Shown piece by piece: positions 54,914 through 64,000 of a stretch of DNA of 64,000 bases. Both the position numbers and the translations under genes were made by a program. The stretch comes from a virus (Duplodnaviria; Caudoviricetes), in the IMG/VR virus record IMGVR_UViG_2030936005_000025, positions 32,001 to 96,000 of that record; one strand, written 5' to 3'. The notes beneath the pieces are model-generated. The model saw only the letters and a list, made by a program, of their open reading frames with translations, searched no databases and had not been told where the DNA came from. How positions within the stretch are numbered: position 1 is the first letter of the stretch; every line of letters starts with the position of its first letter.

Positions 54914-57900
54914 TTAATTATCGTAAAGCTCACTACGAGACAGGAACTTATACGTACCCTGTTCAGTAATGGATCCAGATGATACCGGGACACCCATATC
55001 ACGCGTACGTGTTAATGGGAAACCTGAGATACTGAAGCTTTGACGACGATCGATGGTAACAATGCCGAAATCATCAGTGGTAATGATCGCAACAAGAACA
55101 TGTCCAGCATTGTGATTACGTAAGATCTTGGTAATCTCATAGATCGCCATTGAACCGTTCATAACACAGTACATGTAGAACTTCTGGTTACGATACACAT
55201 CGGTAAGGTCACGCAGATCCCAGTTGGTTGCTTTCGCAATCATGTTCTGACCGTTAAAGGTAACGGAGATATCGGCGTTAACAAACAGTGACCAGTTACC
55301 CTCAACATACGTTGCACCGTACATAACTAACCAAGGTGCAGGAATCGTTGTCGGCTGATAAATGTCTGTACGACCATCCCAAGGCATCTGCAAGTTCATT
55401 GCAGCACCTGACCAGTTCGCACCCACACCGGCAAGCCAACCCAACTGAGCATTGGCACACAGCTGCCAAGAATACTCATAGTTAAATGCTTGACCTTGTC
55501 GTGTTCCCACAGTGGCTTCAGTGATTCCATTCTTACGACGGCGGAAGATCACGCGGTTAGTTGTACCGTTACCCGAGATCTGTAACTGTAAGCCAGAGAA
55601 CCAGGCGATCTCCATGTTCTGGGCTCCCTCACTTTCGAAGTCTAATACTTCTGTGTGACGGAACTTGGTTTGGAGTCCACCGGTATACGTGATGTTCCAT
55701 TGGTTATTGATATCAAGCGTAGCCCAGTTATTGGCCAGAATGTTTGAATCGTTACCAGGGTTCAGTTTAGAGTTGACAAACTGAGTAGTGGTAAATGGAT
55801 ATTGCATCCCCACCACTTTCAGAACACGGATACCATCAGCACCAGTTGAAGCCACATCCCAAGTAAACGTACCAACGATCATGCGGATAGACGAAGGGCT
55901 ACCCGTGAGGTGATATGTCGCTGACCAGAAGGAGAAGACCTGATCACCACCTGTACCCGGTTGTCCACCAATATAGAAGTCAACGCAAAGGTCAATCAGG
56001 CTATTGGCATGTGAGCCCAATGCGGACATCACCATGTCAAGATAAACAGAACGTGGAATACGAACTTGTTTAGCTTTATTAGGGCGGGCATTCAAGAACT
56101 TACCAACGGTATCGAGAGTGTAGTCCATATCAAGGTTGATGATGATACTGTTATCTGACTCGGTGGTAATGTCTTTCATGATCCCATTGGCATCGGCTTG
56201 TTGTGTCCAGTTAAACGGAGCACCTGGGCTACGATGGATACCTTTACGCCACCAACTGAATCCTGTACCTGCTTTACTCTGTGCGGTCTTACGACCTGGT
56301 CGGTTGGTAAAGAATGTGTTCACATTCATACCGGTACACTGACCAAAGTTGGAGTTCGTCTTACGACCACGGATAGGGAAAGGAATGTAATCAGATTGCA
56401 GAGAAGAACGCTGATCATAACCATCGTCCGTTCCACCTTCAGTAATACGATAGAAGGTCTGCTGAGTCTGTGCTTCATTTTCAGCGGTAAAGATTTCAAT
56501 CGGATACTGACGCACACCGGTGGTCAATGCATACAAATCAGAGAACGCACGTGGGAATCCTGCCACACCAAACGGTGACTTCATTCGGAATGGAACCTGC
56601 CACAGTGATCTTAAACCGGCATCACTGGTCCAGTGGTTAGGATAGAACATGTATTCATAGTCCCTGTCCTTATTCCCATCACGGTTAATCTGCCAAGTAC
56701 GGAAGTTATACGGTGGTGTGCCTGTCTGGTCACTTCGCATAGCGATCGCACCAAAACCAGCAAGATAGGTGATACAGGTATTAACATACCCAATCCACAT
56801 CCCATCAATGTCACCAGCGACAATGTAGTCACTCTGTTGCTGAGTTAATCCAACGTACTTACCGGTGCCACCTGTGGTGTCAACCATGTCACCCGTTGGC
56901 ATACTCCATGTACTTGCCAGTGTCAAGATGTTATTCTCGACATCCCAATCATAGTTAATGATGATATAGAAACCTGCTGAACGCTGGTCTGGGGTATTCG
57001 CATACGGAGAGATCATCAACTTGAGACGTGCAAGTTTCGGGTTGTTCGGGTTAGGAACAATGATCCAACCTTTCTTACGGTTCAGGTAACATTGTTTAAC
57101 CGGGGAGTTGAACTTTATCCCATATTCAGTAGCCAGCGTTTTTGTTGCGTCAGTAAACTGCATACGCTGAGGAATAAAGGTGTTCTTGCCAGTACGACGT
57201 TCACGCCACAGTGTGTCGTAAGTCACGTTAACACGGGTAAAGGTGATAGACGTTTTACTGTCATCGTTTAAGTCCGCATATGGGAAGCGGAACATCACGG
57301 TCTGCCAGTGGTCAGCGGCGAAACTGTTTGAGTAGTTAGCTTCATCATCACCTTGGAAGGAAGAGGCGTCAGCAAACAGATAAACCCAGTTACCCACTTT
57401 AGAGATCTTGTACGTACCTGGACGCATCAAGCTACCGGTCAGGGATTGAACCTGATTAAGAACCGCTGTCATATTGACAGGCTTCATGGTGTGACTTGAA
57501 GGGTCAAAGGTTGAGTTAGCCGCACAGATCCACCAGTTACCGTCACCCAGGATAGCAGGACCCGTTGGGTCAGGAACGTTGCCCACCATGAGGACAGTAC
57601 CGTCAGAACCATCAATCACGTAGTTCGGTGTCTTACCGGCTGCGGTGATAACAGGGTGCTGATACTGAACATAAGTATCTTGCCACGGTGTACGGTTTGG
57701 ATCACGGTCAGTCATGTCAGTCTTGTAGGCATAATACAAGTTCTTAACACGACCATCAAAAGCACGGAACAAACACACCAACCAACCATTACCTTCCAGG
57801 TTCATGGCAGAGTTTTCTGAGTCACCACCCAGTCCTTCAAAGGAACCGGTAATCGGAGGAGGAAGATAAATTCCTGAACCGTAATAGGTGAACGGCAGTT

Positions 57901-58711
57901 CTGCTTGAACCACAAAGTTTTCTGTCACAGGCTGTGTTTCAGAAATCAGACGGTTAAGACCTTTAGGAGTAGAATACAGATCGCTACGAGTTGCTTCTGC
58001 ATCTTGCTGAGGAGTCGCCAGGAAATAGTTGGAGAGTTTATCTGCATCAACATCTGCCGGCACAACACCGTGTGGGTTGTTGTAATCACGAACGTGTTTC
58101 ATGATCGCACCCCACTTCAGTTTCTGAATATAGTCTAAACGGTTATACATCTCCGTCTGGACTTTTTCCAGTAACTCAACAGCACGACCACTGTCAGTAA
58201 TCTGCGTATTGGTGAACAGGGTAAAGAGTTCGACCAGTCCACCAAAACCTACCAGCTCATTCGGGTTCTGAATGTCGTGAGAGTGCAGAGCAGGCCAAAC
58301 ACTACCCGGCTTGTTTCCTACCTGGGTATCCCAATCCACAGGTTTACCCGAGATGACCATGTCTTCAAGCATCTGAAGTAATGTCTTAACAGAAATAACA
58401 GGTTTACCGACTTGCTGGTAAATAACAGTTACTTCTCCTTTACTTGCAAGAATGTCATCAGCAAGTTCAACATACAGACAGACGGCACGGCCGGTTAGCT
58501 TTGTTAAATCAGTAACATCGGATACAGCTTTAAACTTGTCAGAATCAATATCCAACCCACCTTTAAGCACTCGAAGAGAGTCCTTATAGAAAGGTCCTTC
58601 TTCAGGGACAATCCAAGGTGAGGAGATTTTGGATAAATCGACATCGTCTTCTTTCTTATACTCAGCGTTCTTCCCCGAGTAATCGATATCGATTAATTGA
58701 ATATCTTTCAT
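54914..58711 (-). CDS. 1265-aa tail-fibre-like virion protein (paralog)
   Basis: NNPHGV..ADV motif; LPF..YGSG..LPPPI.GSFEGLGG shared with the 1239-aa ORF; similar C-terminal domain. Confidence 0.75.
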   Translation of the reverse strand: MKDIQLIDIDYSGKNAEYKKEDDVDLSKISSPWIVPEEGPFYKDSLRVLKGGLDIDSDKFKAVSDVTDLTKLTGRAVCLYVELADDILASKGEVTVIYQQVGKPVISVKTLLQMLEDMVISGKPVDWDTQVGNKPGSVWPALHSHDIQNPNELVGFGGLVELFTLFTNTQITDSGRAVELLEKVQTEMYNRLDYIQKLKWGAIMKHVRDYNNPHGVVPADVDADKLSNYFLATPQQDAEATRSDLYSTPKGLNRLISETQPVTENFVVQAELPFTYYGSGIYLPPPITGSFEGLGGDSENSAMNLEGNGWLVCLFRAFDGRVKNLYYAYKTDMTDRDPNRTPWQDTYVQYQHPVITAAGKTPNYVIDGSDGTVLMVGNVPDPTGPAILGDGNWWICAANSTFDPSSHTMKPVNMTAVLNQVQSLTGSLMRPGTYKISKVGNWVYLFADASSFQGDDEANYSNSFAADHWQTVMFRFPYADLNDDSKTSITFTRVNVTYDTLWRERRTGKNTFIPQRMQFTDATKTLATEYGIKFNSPVKQCYLNRKKGWIIVPNPNNPKLARLKLMISPYANTPDQRSAGFYIIINYDWDVENNILTLASTWSMPTGDMVDTTGGTGKYVGLTQQQSDYIVAGDIDGMWIGYVNTCITYLAGFGAIAMRSDQTGTPPYNFRTWQINRDGNKDRDYEYMFYPNHWTSDAGLRSLWQVPFRMKSPFGVAGFPRAFSDLYALTTGVRQYPIEIFTAENEAQTQQTFYRITEGGTDDGYDQRSSLQSDYIPFPIRGRKTNSNFGQCTGMNVNTFFTNRPGRKTAQSKAGTGFSWWRKGIHRSPGAPFNWTQQADANGIMKDITTESDNSIIINLDMDYTLDTVGKFLNARPNKAKQVRIPRSVYLDMVMSALGSHANSLIDLCVDFYIGGQPGTGGDQVFSFWSATYHLTGSPSSIRMIVGTFTWDVASTGADGIRVLKVVGMQYPFTTTQFVNSKLNPGNDSNILANNWATLDINNQWNITYTGGLQTKFRHTEVLDFESEGAQNMEIAWFSGLQLQISGNGTTNRVIFRRRKNGITEATVGTRQGQAFNYEYSWQLCANAQLGWLAGVGANWSGAAMNLQMPWDGRTDIYQPTTIPAPWLVMYGATYVEGNWSLFVNADISVTFNGQNMIAKATNWDLRDLTDVYRNQKFYMYCVMNGSMAIYEITKILRNHNAGHVLVAIITTDDFGIVTIDRRQSFSISGFPLTRTRDMGVPVSSGSITEQGTYKFLSRSELYDN

Positions 58712-58730
58712 CTAAACCTCGATAAATAAA

Positions 58731-58760
58731 TAATAGAGCGATCAAAAGATCGCTCTATTA
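58731..58760. terminator. 13-bp-stem hairpin
   Basis: taatagagcgatc-aaaa-gatcgctctatta. Confidence 0.75.
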
Positions 58761-58770
58761 GTTTTTATTG

Positions 58771-61700
58771 TTATGAAATGAAATCAGTGTCAAGCAGAAT
58801 GGTTGAAGTGTCACCGATATCAAACAGAGAACCTGAAGATGCCAGAATAGCAGAACCTTCACGCTTCGCTGATATTTGTGCTCCGTCCATTGTGAAACGA
58901 TTATACGGCTCAATACGATCGATCTGAGTCGGGCCGCAATAAACAGTACCAATCAATGCCTGGGAACTGGATTCAGGACGAACATCCTTGGTGATGTTAT
59001 AAACACCTTGCCCACCTGAGTATTGCAAATAGATGTAGTACTTCTTGTTTGCAGGACTGCTATCAAGCGTCAAGATATCAATATAGGTTGCAGGAATGTC
59101 ATACATTTTTCCGGCAATCAATACATCGTTCGCATTCTGGAAGTACACCGTGTATTGTGGTGTCAGAATGTTACTCATCCCAATGGCACTGGTTCCGTTG
59201 TATGTGTTGCCCGCAAACTTATCATAGATATTGCCCGTGGTATCGAAGATATCGGAAGCTAATGCCGCACCTTCAAAGATATAAGCATTAGGAAGTGCTG
59301 CACCGACACCGTTGTACGGGTTAACAACCATGAAGTTATCTGGACCCCACACTGCTGCATCACGGAAATCAAGCTTGGTCATTTCTGTACCAGCGGCATT
59401 GATTTCAAAGTGCACCTGCATCGGTCGACTGTTGCCTTGATACATATGCTGCGCAATGCCCTGCATGAATCCATAGTAACCCGTGTTGTCGTAAGTAGAT
59501 CCACGATCCCACGCTTTGTATGGAATCCCGATACCATTAGCGTACGCGTTACCAGAAGTAGCACCATAATAAGTGTGAGTGATCGTATTGGTATTGGTTG
59601 CATTAACCTTACGGGTGATCTTAACAGGCGAGAGAACAGTGATCTCGCAATCAGCATAATACTGATAACCGTCTTTTGTCACCGCAGTTCCTTTGGGAGC
59701 GACTGTGGTAACAATGCCTGCATAATACAAGTCAGGCATACGAGGTGAGAGGAAAGTCCATACTGCATGCCAAGTTCCGTTCGGTGCTTGATAATGGTGA
59801 ACTTGATAAGTTTCCAATACCTGCTCTTGGGTAAATCCTTGAGCAACCAACAATGGAACCAAGGTACGGATGATCGCAGGAATCACGTTGTATGCAGTCA
59901 CCACCTGAATGGTAGGAACATTATCAACAATCTTCATCTGAGAGTCATACGGCCAGATTCCATCACCACGACGTTTGCCTACTCCATTTGGATCAGTAGG
60001 ATTAGTAGGTGCTTTTCCGTCAATACGCGTGTCACTGTTACAACCCAACATTCTGCGGAAGACGTCTTTGGCATTTACGCCAGCGCGGGGATAATGCGTT
60101 CCCAACATGTACCATTGACCAATATCAGTAAGTACTCCGGATGGAGTAAACGGATAGTTCTGGAAACTCTTTCCTTGGAACGTGGATTGCTGAGACGGTT
60201 TAACATGCTGGAAGTTACTGTCCAGGAACGGCGTGTAACGGAAGTACCAACGCAGACCGACACCAGGGATACCCTGTGTTCCGATGATACACGCTTTGGT
60301 GTAGTCATCACTGTCAGCACAAACTAAACGCTGGTTAGCCCACAATGTTCCCATCCCCAATGGGTTCGTCTCATTAAACATCAGGCGGTCGTAAACAACA
60401 TCCCAAGGACCTGACTGAGGTGATTCTAACATCTTCTCAGCAGACTCTAAATAACGAGCACGGACAATAGCATAAGCAGGTGGGAAGGCGGTATTACCAA
60501 ATCCTTGAGTAAAGGAAATGTAAGCACCGGTCAGAGCAGCAGAACCCGTGTTATCCAAAGCAGACGGATAATAGGTAGATGCGTTCATGACATAACGGTT
60601 GTAGTTATCCCATTCCTTCTTACCACTGACTTGACCACCCACTGTGGTATCGACTGTATAAATTTTATCAAAACCCGGTGCCGGTGTGACATCGATTGTG
60701 AAGTCCGCACCATTACGGGTAATCTTAAAGGAACCTGCCCAGGTACTCCAGCCTTGGAAGTTTACTGTATTGTATCCAATGTTGTTATTCGCCACTTCAA
60801 TACGAACAGCGAACTCACCCAATGTCCCCTTACCTAACCAATAAGCATTAGGGTCTCGGAATGCCCAGCAACCATCAATGGGAGGATCATACACTGCGAA
60901 GTGAGAGGTACAAACACGTTTACCATTAATGTTCTCATACTTCGGCGCATACGGCATAAAGTAACTGTCGTTAGCATTACCCCAAAGCGGATGATTGAAG
61001 TTAATGTGAGCACGTTTGATTGTGCCTGACTTCCCGGCCACGATGTTGATGCTGTACGCAATACGCTGTAGCGGGTAGTTGTTCCAGGCACCGTAACCTA
61101 ATGTCTTCCATTCAGGGAAAGCTGACGGACGGCGTTCTGCAAATTCAGGCGCACGATAAGCCTGAACGATACCCCAGTAGTCAGCGTAGTTTGCATCCGC
61201 AATAACGTTTGCACCATCCACGTTGTTATAAATATCGGCTGGGTTAATGTTCCCCACGATATCCTGGGTTACCCATTCACCGGAAAGTGGAATCAGAACG
61301 TGACGATCTGGGTTAAAGGTTCCTTTGGTTTCACACCACCACCACAGATTTTTGATGCTGTCACCCACAACCATAACGTATTTGTTAGAACCATTAATAA
61401 TGGAGTCCAACGTAGCACCGGCTGCGGTTGCAGTAGGATGCTGATACAGGTAGGAAGTGAAGTCATAGACCGCATCTTTAGCTTGCCAGTTACGGCAGCG
61501 GATGAAATACAGACCACGATACTTACCGTTGTTACGGTGATTCAGAATCAACAACGTACCATCAGTTTCGATGATCGCCCCACCACGACGTGATGACCCA
61601 CCTAACCCTTCAAAGCTTCCTGCAATTGTCGGTGGGATAAAGGTATCCGAACCGTAACGCAGAATAGGAAGTGAACCCGATGGGAACAGTTTATCGTTAC

Positions 61701-62490
61701 GCCCTGAGGACGCCTCAGCCGCTTTAGCAGCGTTGTAAACTGTGATACGTAAATCGTCACGGGTTCCGTCTAAAGTCTCTTCTAAGGTAGCTACAGAGAC
61801 GTTAGCAACATTACCTAAACCGATCGCTGCTTTATTGACACCATGCGCATCTTGTTTGTTGGCAATATGACGATCCAGCATCTTGGTTAAGATGTCTTTA
61901 TACCCATCAATATAAACTGCAAGATGATCTTGGAAACTTTCCAGCATGAAGTCAGTGGCTGAACTTGTCAATGCCACATAACTCGCAATACGATTCAGTT
62001 CTCTGACCAAGTCAGTAAAACCGAAGATATCGTAAGCCAGATCGTGTTGATGGATATCTGGAATATACCACAACGGTTTGTTGTCGATATTATCCCACAT
62101 CACGAAACGGTCATCCTGATAGATACTCTGAAGCATGTTCAGAATCTCATTGGTAATCGCGTTGAAGTTACCCACAACTTGATAATCCATTTTCCATTCA
62201 ACAATGGAGTCTTTCAGGAGACGAACGAACAGACCCACAGGTTTACCGGTATACTGAGTTAGCTTACCCATGATACCGTAGAACTCGTAATCTGTACCTT
62301 CCACCATAAGTTTACCAGAGGTGTCGTACATCTTAAATGACTTCTGGTAGAAAGGACCTTTTGGCGGAATAAAGATATGGTTGTTAACAACCTCGGTTCT
62401 GGATTTTGATTCTTGTAACACCAGGTTGTATTTCGAACTCCCGGTGAGATCAAGCTTATATAAAGGAATATCTTCTTTGATCATTGTCAA
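58771..62490 (-). CDS. 1239-aa tail-fibre-like virion protein (paralog); probable ATG start at 62484
   Basis: HGVNKAAIGLGNVAN fibre motif; GPFY, PxxHQHD, GSFEGLGG shared with neighbouring ORFs. Confidence 0.75.
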   Translation of the reverse strand: MTMIKEDIPLYKLDLTGSSKYNLVLQESKSRTEVVNNHIFIPPKGPFYQKSFKMYDTSGKLMVEGTDYEFYGIMGKLTQYTGKPVGLFVRLLKDSIVEWKMDYQVVGNFNAITNEILNMLQSIYQDDRFVMWDNIDNKPLWYIPDIHQHDLAYDIFGFTDLVRELNRIASYVALTSSATDFMLESFQDHLAVYIDGYKDILTKMLDRHIANKQDAHGVNKAAIGLGNVANVSVATLEETLDGTRDDLRITVYNAAKAAEASSGRNDKLFPSGSLPILRYGSDTFIPPTIAGSFEGLGGSSRRGGAIIETDGTLLILNHRNNGKYRGLYFIRCRNWQAKDAVYDFTSYLYQHPTATAAGATLDSIINGSNKYVMVVGDSIKNLWWWCETKGTFNPDRHVLIPLSGEWVTQDIVGNINPADIYNNVDGANVIADANYADYWGIVQAYRAPEFAERRPSAFPEWKTLGYGAWNNYPLQRIAYSINIVAGKSGTIKRAHINFNHPLWGNANDSYFMPYAPKYENINGKRVCTSHFAVYDPPIDGCWAFRDPNAYWLGKGTLGEFAVRIEVANNNIGYNTVNFQGWSTWAGSFKITRNGADFTIDVTPAPGFDKIYTVDTTVGGQVSGKKEWDNYNRYVMNASTYYPSALDNTGSAALTGAYISFTQGFGNTAFPPAYAIVRARYLESAEKMLESPQSGPWDVVYDRLMFNETNPLGMGTLWANQRLVCADSDDYTKACIIGTQGIPGVGLRWYFRYTPFLDSNFQHVKPSQQSTFQGKSFQNYPFTPSGVLTDIGQWYMLGTHYPRAGVNAKDVFRRMLGCNSDTRIDGKAPTNPTDPNGVGKRRGDGIWPYDSQMKIVDNVPTIQVVTAYNVIPAIIRTLVPLLVAQGFTQEQVLETYQVHHYQAPNGTWHAVWTFLSPRMPDLYYAGIVTTVAPKGTAVTKDGYQYYADCEITVLSPVKITRKVNATNTNTITHTYYGATSGNAYANGIGIPYKAWDRGSTYDNTGYYGFMQGIAQHMYQGNSRPMQVHFEINAAGTEMTKLDFRDAAVWGPDNFMVVNPYNGVGAALPNAYIFEGAALASDIFDTTGNIYDKFAGNTYNGTSAIGMSNILTPQYTVYFQNANDVLIAGKMYDIPATYIDILTLDSSPANKKYYIYLQYSGGQGVYNITKDVRPESSSQALIGTVYCGPTQIDRIEPYNRFTMDGAQISAKREGSAILASSGSLFDIGDTSTILLDTDFIS

Positions 62491-62504
62491 AAGACCTTGT
62501 GATA

Positions 62505-62531
62505 CTTAACTGGGATTGTCTCCCAGTTAAG
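62505..62531. terminator. 11-bp-stem hairpin
   Basis: cttaactggga-ttgtc-tcccagttaag. Confidence 0.7.
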
Positions 62532-62538
62532 ATAATGG

Positions 62539-63300
62539 TTATTGCCATTCACCAGTTTGATAACCACGGATCATTGCTTTCATGAAAGCAACATTAACCA
62601 GCAGGTTCTCAGCGTTACCCGACATGTCAGCAGGGTACTGTGCCATTGCCCAGTCTTCCAGGTTATTAACACCCAGCATTGAGAGAGTAGCTTTGTGGGC
62701 TTTCTGAAGATCATCTTTAAGATGCTGTTCAAAACGACTCATCCACGTTGCATCTGGGTTCTGAGTGATCGCGTCCATATAGGACTTCATCCAGACAATC
62801 AGGTCACCGTAGTTCATGGTGTCTGAAGCAGGATGTTGATGCGGGTCAGCAGGCCACGTCAACGGCAGATTAACGATGTTGTTCCAGTCAGTGGTACGTG
62901 GAGACGTCAACTGGTTAGCAACTGCTTCTGCATAGGCCAGATCGCTTAATACGAAGTCACCACCAATGGTGTCGTAAGAGATCAGGAAGTCAGCAGGTGA
63001 AGTCACCCCTTTAACCTGAATTGCACCCCAAGCTAAACGATTGTAGCGTTCGTTGAAAGCACCGAATGGATAAAGGAAAGAATAGTCGCCGGCTTCAAAG
63101 CTCAGTACACGACCTGAGTCTTTTAATTTGATGGTGAAGTCACGACTAAAGAATGGACCACAGCGTGGAACAATAATTCCTGCACCATTTGAATCAGCCT
63201 GTTGTTCTTCATCAGTGATGCGGTTAGCCGGGTTATCTTGGAAGGGATTCCAAGCATAGGTGATCTTACCGAGCACCTGGAGTTTTGCATCATTTGACAT
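62539..63300 (-). CDS. 253-aa virion structural protein, homologous to the N-terminal domain of the fibre paralogs
   Basis: GPFF, W.NI.N.P..WP...HQH...D..YG motif shared with the 1239-aa and 1265-aa N-termini. Confidence 0.7.
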   Translation of the reverse strand: MSNDAKLQVLGKITYAWNPFQDNPANRITDEEQQADSNGAGIIVPRCGPFFSRDFTIKLKDSGRVLSFEAGDYSFLYPFGAFNERYNRLAWGAIQVKGVTSPADFLISYDTIGGDFVLSDLAYAEAVANQLTSPRTTDWNNIVNLPLTWPADPHQHPASDTMNYGDLIVWMKSYMDAITQNPDATWMSRFEQHLKDDLQKAHKATLSMLGVNNLEDWAMAQYPADMSGNAENLLVNVAFMKAMIRGYQTGEWQ

Positions 63301-63335
63301 TAACTTTGTTCCTCTGAAAAAGGGTTTTTTAACGC

Positions 63336-64000
63336 ATGTACACTTATAAATATTCGGTGGGGCGATATAAAAACTATAGACCGGGATACCACATCGTGGA
63401 TATCAAGGACTACAGTGTAGCTGATCTAGAGAAACTGTTTGACATTCTTTATATCGTCATCAACGATGGCTTTTATAAAGTTGACATGAGTATCTCTCTT
63501 GAAGACTATCGCTTTTCTTTCGCCGCCAATCCGACAATGGATATCGGAGAGTGGTTAACATCCCAAAATGGAAATAACCTTAAGTCAGCAGGGATCTTCC
63601 CAGGTGACACATACCAGTATGTAAAACTGGAAAGGATATTTACTTATGGGTATTTCCATTATCCAGCTGATTTAAATCTTGCAAATGATAGACAGGCCGA
63701 CCTGTTTTCTGACATGGCTCCTGACGTTCGTATTGCCCACTACATGTATGACAATGTGGACTATGGCAAGATCAATGATTACTCGCTGTTCACTGTGAAC
63801 GGTGTCTTTATGAGAAGTGTTTCTCGAAGCGACGGTATCTTCTTAAAAGGTGCTGGACTCGATTACATTAAACACCGTAATGACCTTCGCATCGGTGCGC
63901 TCAACTTTGAGAAATTGGGTAAAGTAAAAACAGTTCCCATCACTGAAGATATTCTTTTAGAAGAAGAATTCGATGGTGGCAAACGTCTGTCATGTCAATT
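63336..64000 (+). CDS. Probable virion structural protein, 3' truncated (not in ORF track)
   Basis: Read manually: MYTYKYSVGRYKNYRPGYHIVDIK...FTVNGVF...GALNFEKLGKVKTVPIT..., open to the end of the window. Confidence 0.7.
   Translation, partial: MYTYKYSVGRYKNYRPGYHIVDIKDYSVADLEKLFDILYIVINDGFYKVDMSISLEDYRFSFAANPTMDIGEWLTSQNGNNLKSAGIFPGDTYQYVKLERIFTYGYFHYPADLNLANDRQADLFSDMAPDVRIAHYMYDNVDYGKINDYSLFTVNGVFMRSVSRSDGIFLKGAGLDYIKHRNDLRIGALNFEKLGKVKTVPITEDILLEEEFDGGKRLSCQ

Noticed and set aside
415-62453. Numerous 60-170-aa alternative-frame or antisense ORFs in the track
   Set aside because: They fully overlap better-supported genes and lack RBS or protein-like composition
1-64000. Alternative genetic code (stop reassignment) as seen in some jumbo phages
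   Set aside because: Standard code gives dense coding and intact 4664-aa and 1689-aa ORFs; TAA, TAG and TGA all end genes at sensible places
1-64000. CRISPR array, tRNA or rRNA genes, integrase or transposase
   Set aside because: No regularly spaced direct repeats, cloverleaf-like intergenic segments or recombinase motifs were recognised; intergenic gaps are mostly under 130 nt

Overview
A 64-kb segment of a jumbo bacteriophage genome, most likely phiKZ-related (Chimalliviridae-like), with an Enterobacterales host. The assignment rests on an SbcC-like ATPase next to a baseplate spike, RNase HI, an NAD-dependent DNA ligase, a phiKZ gp144-like lytic transglycosylase, an A-G-x-E-bearing head-type protein, paralogous long fibre genes, many intergenic hairpins and an E. 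coli-like NrdB tail. Layout: (1) 1-20.4 kb, + strand: end of nrdB, then five beta-rich Ig-like-repeat genes (716, 4664, 523, 414, 296 aa). (2) 20.5-48.7 kb, - strand: many small hypothetical genes, an HTH protein, RNase H, ligase, endolysin and SbcC. (3) 48.8-64 kb: spike, three long fibre paralogs (one ending in about 20 DUF285/BspA-type repeats) and structural genes. The main discovery candidate is the 4664/523/414/296 cluster. One Ig-like module that is continuous inside the giant protein is split across gene boundaries downstream, and its first beta-strand (RFxV) sits at the C-terminus of the preceding gene. This gives an anchor, adaptor, self-polymerisable shaft and tip-cap layout, like a phage-encoded pilus built by C-terminal donor-strand complementation. 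All family calls come from recognising motifs by eye; no database search was run. No tRNA, rRNA or CRISPR array was recognised.
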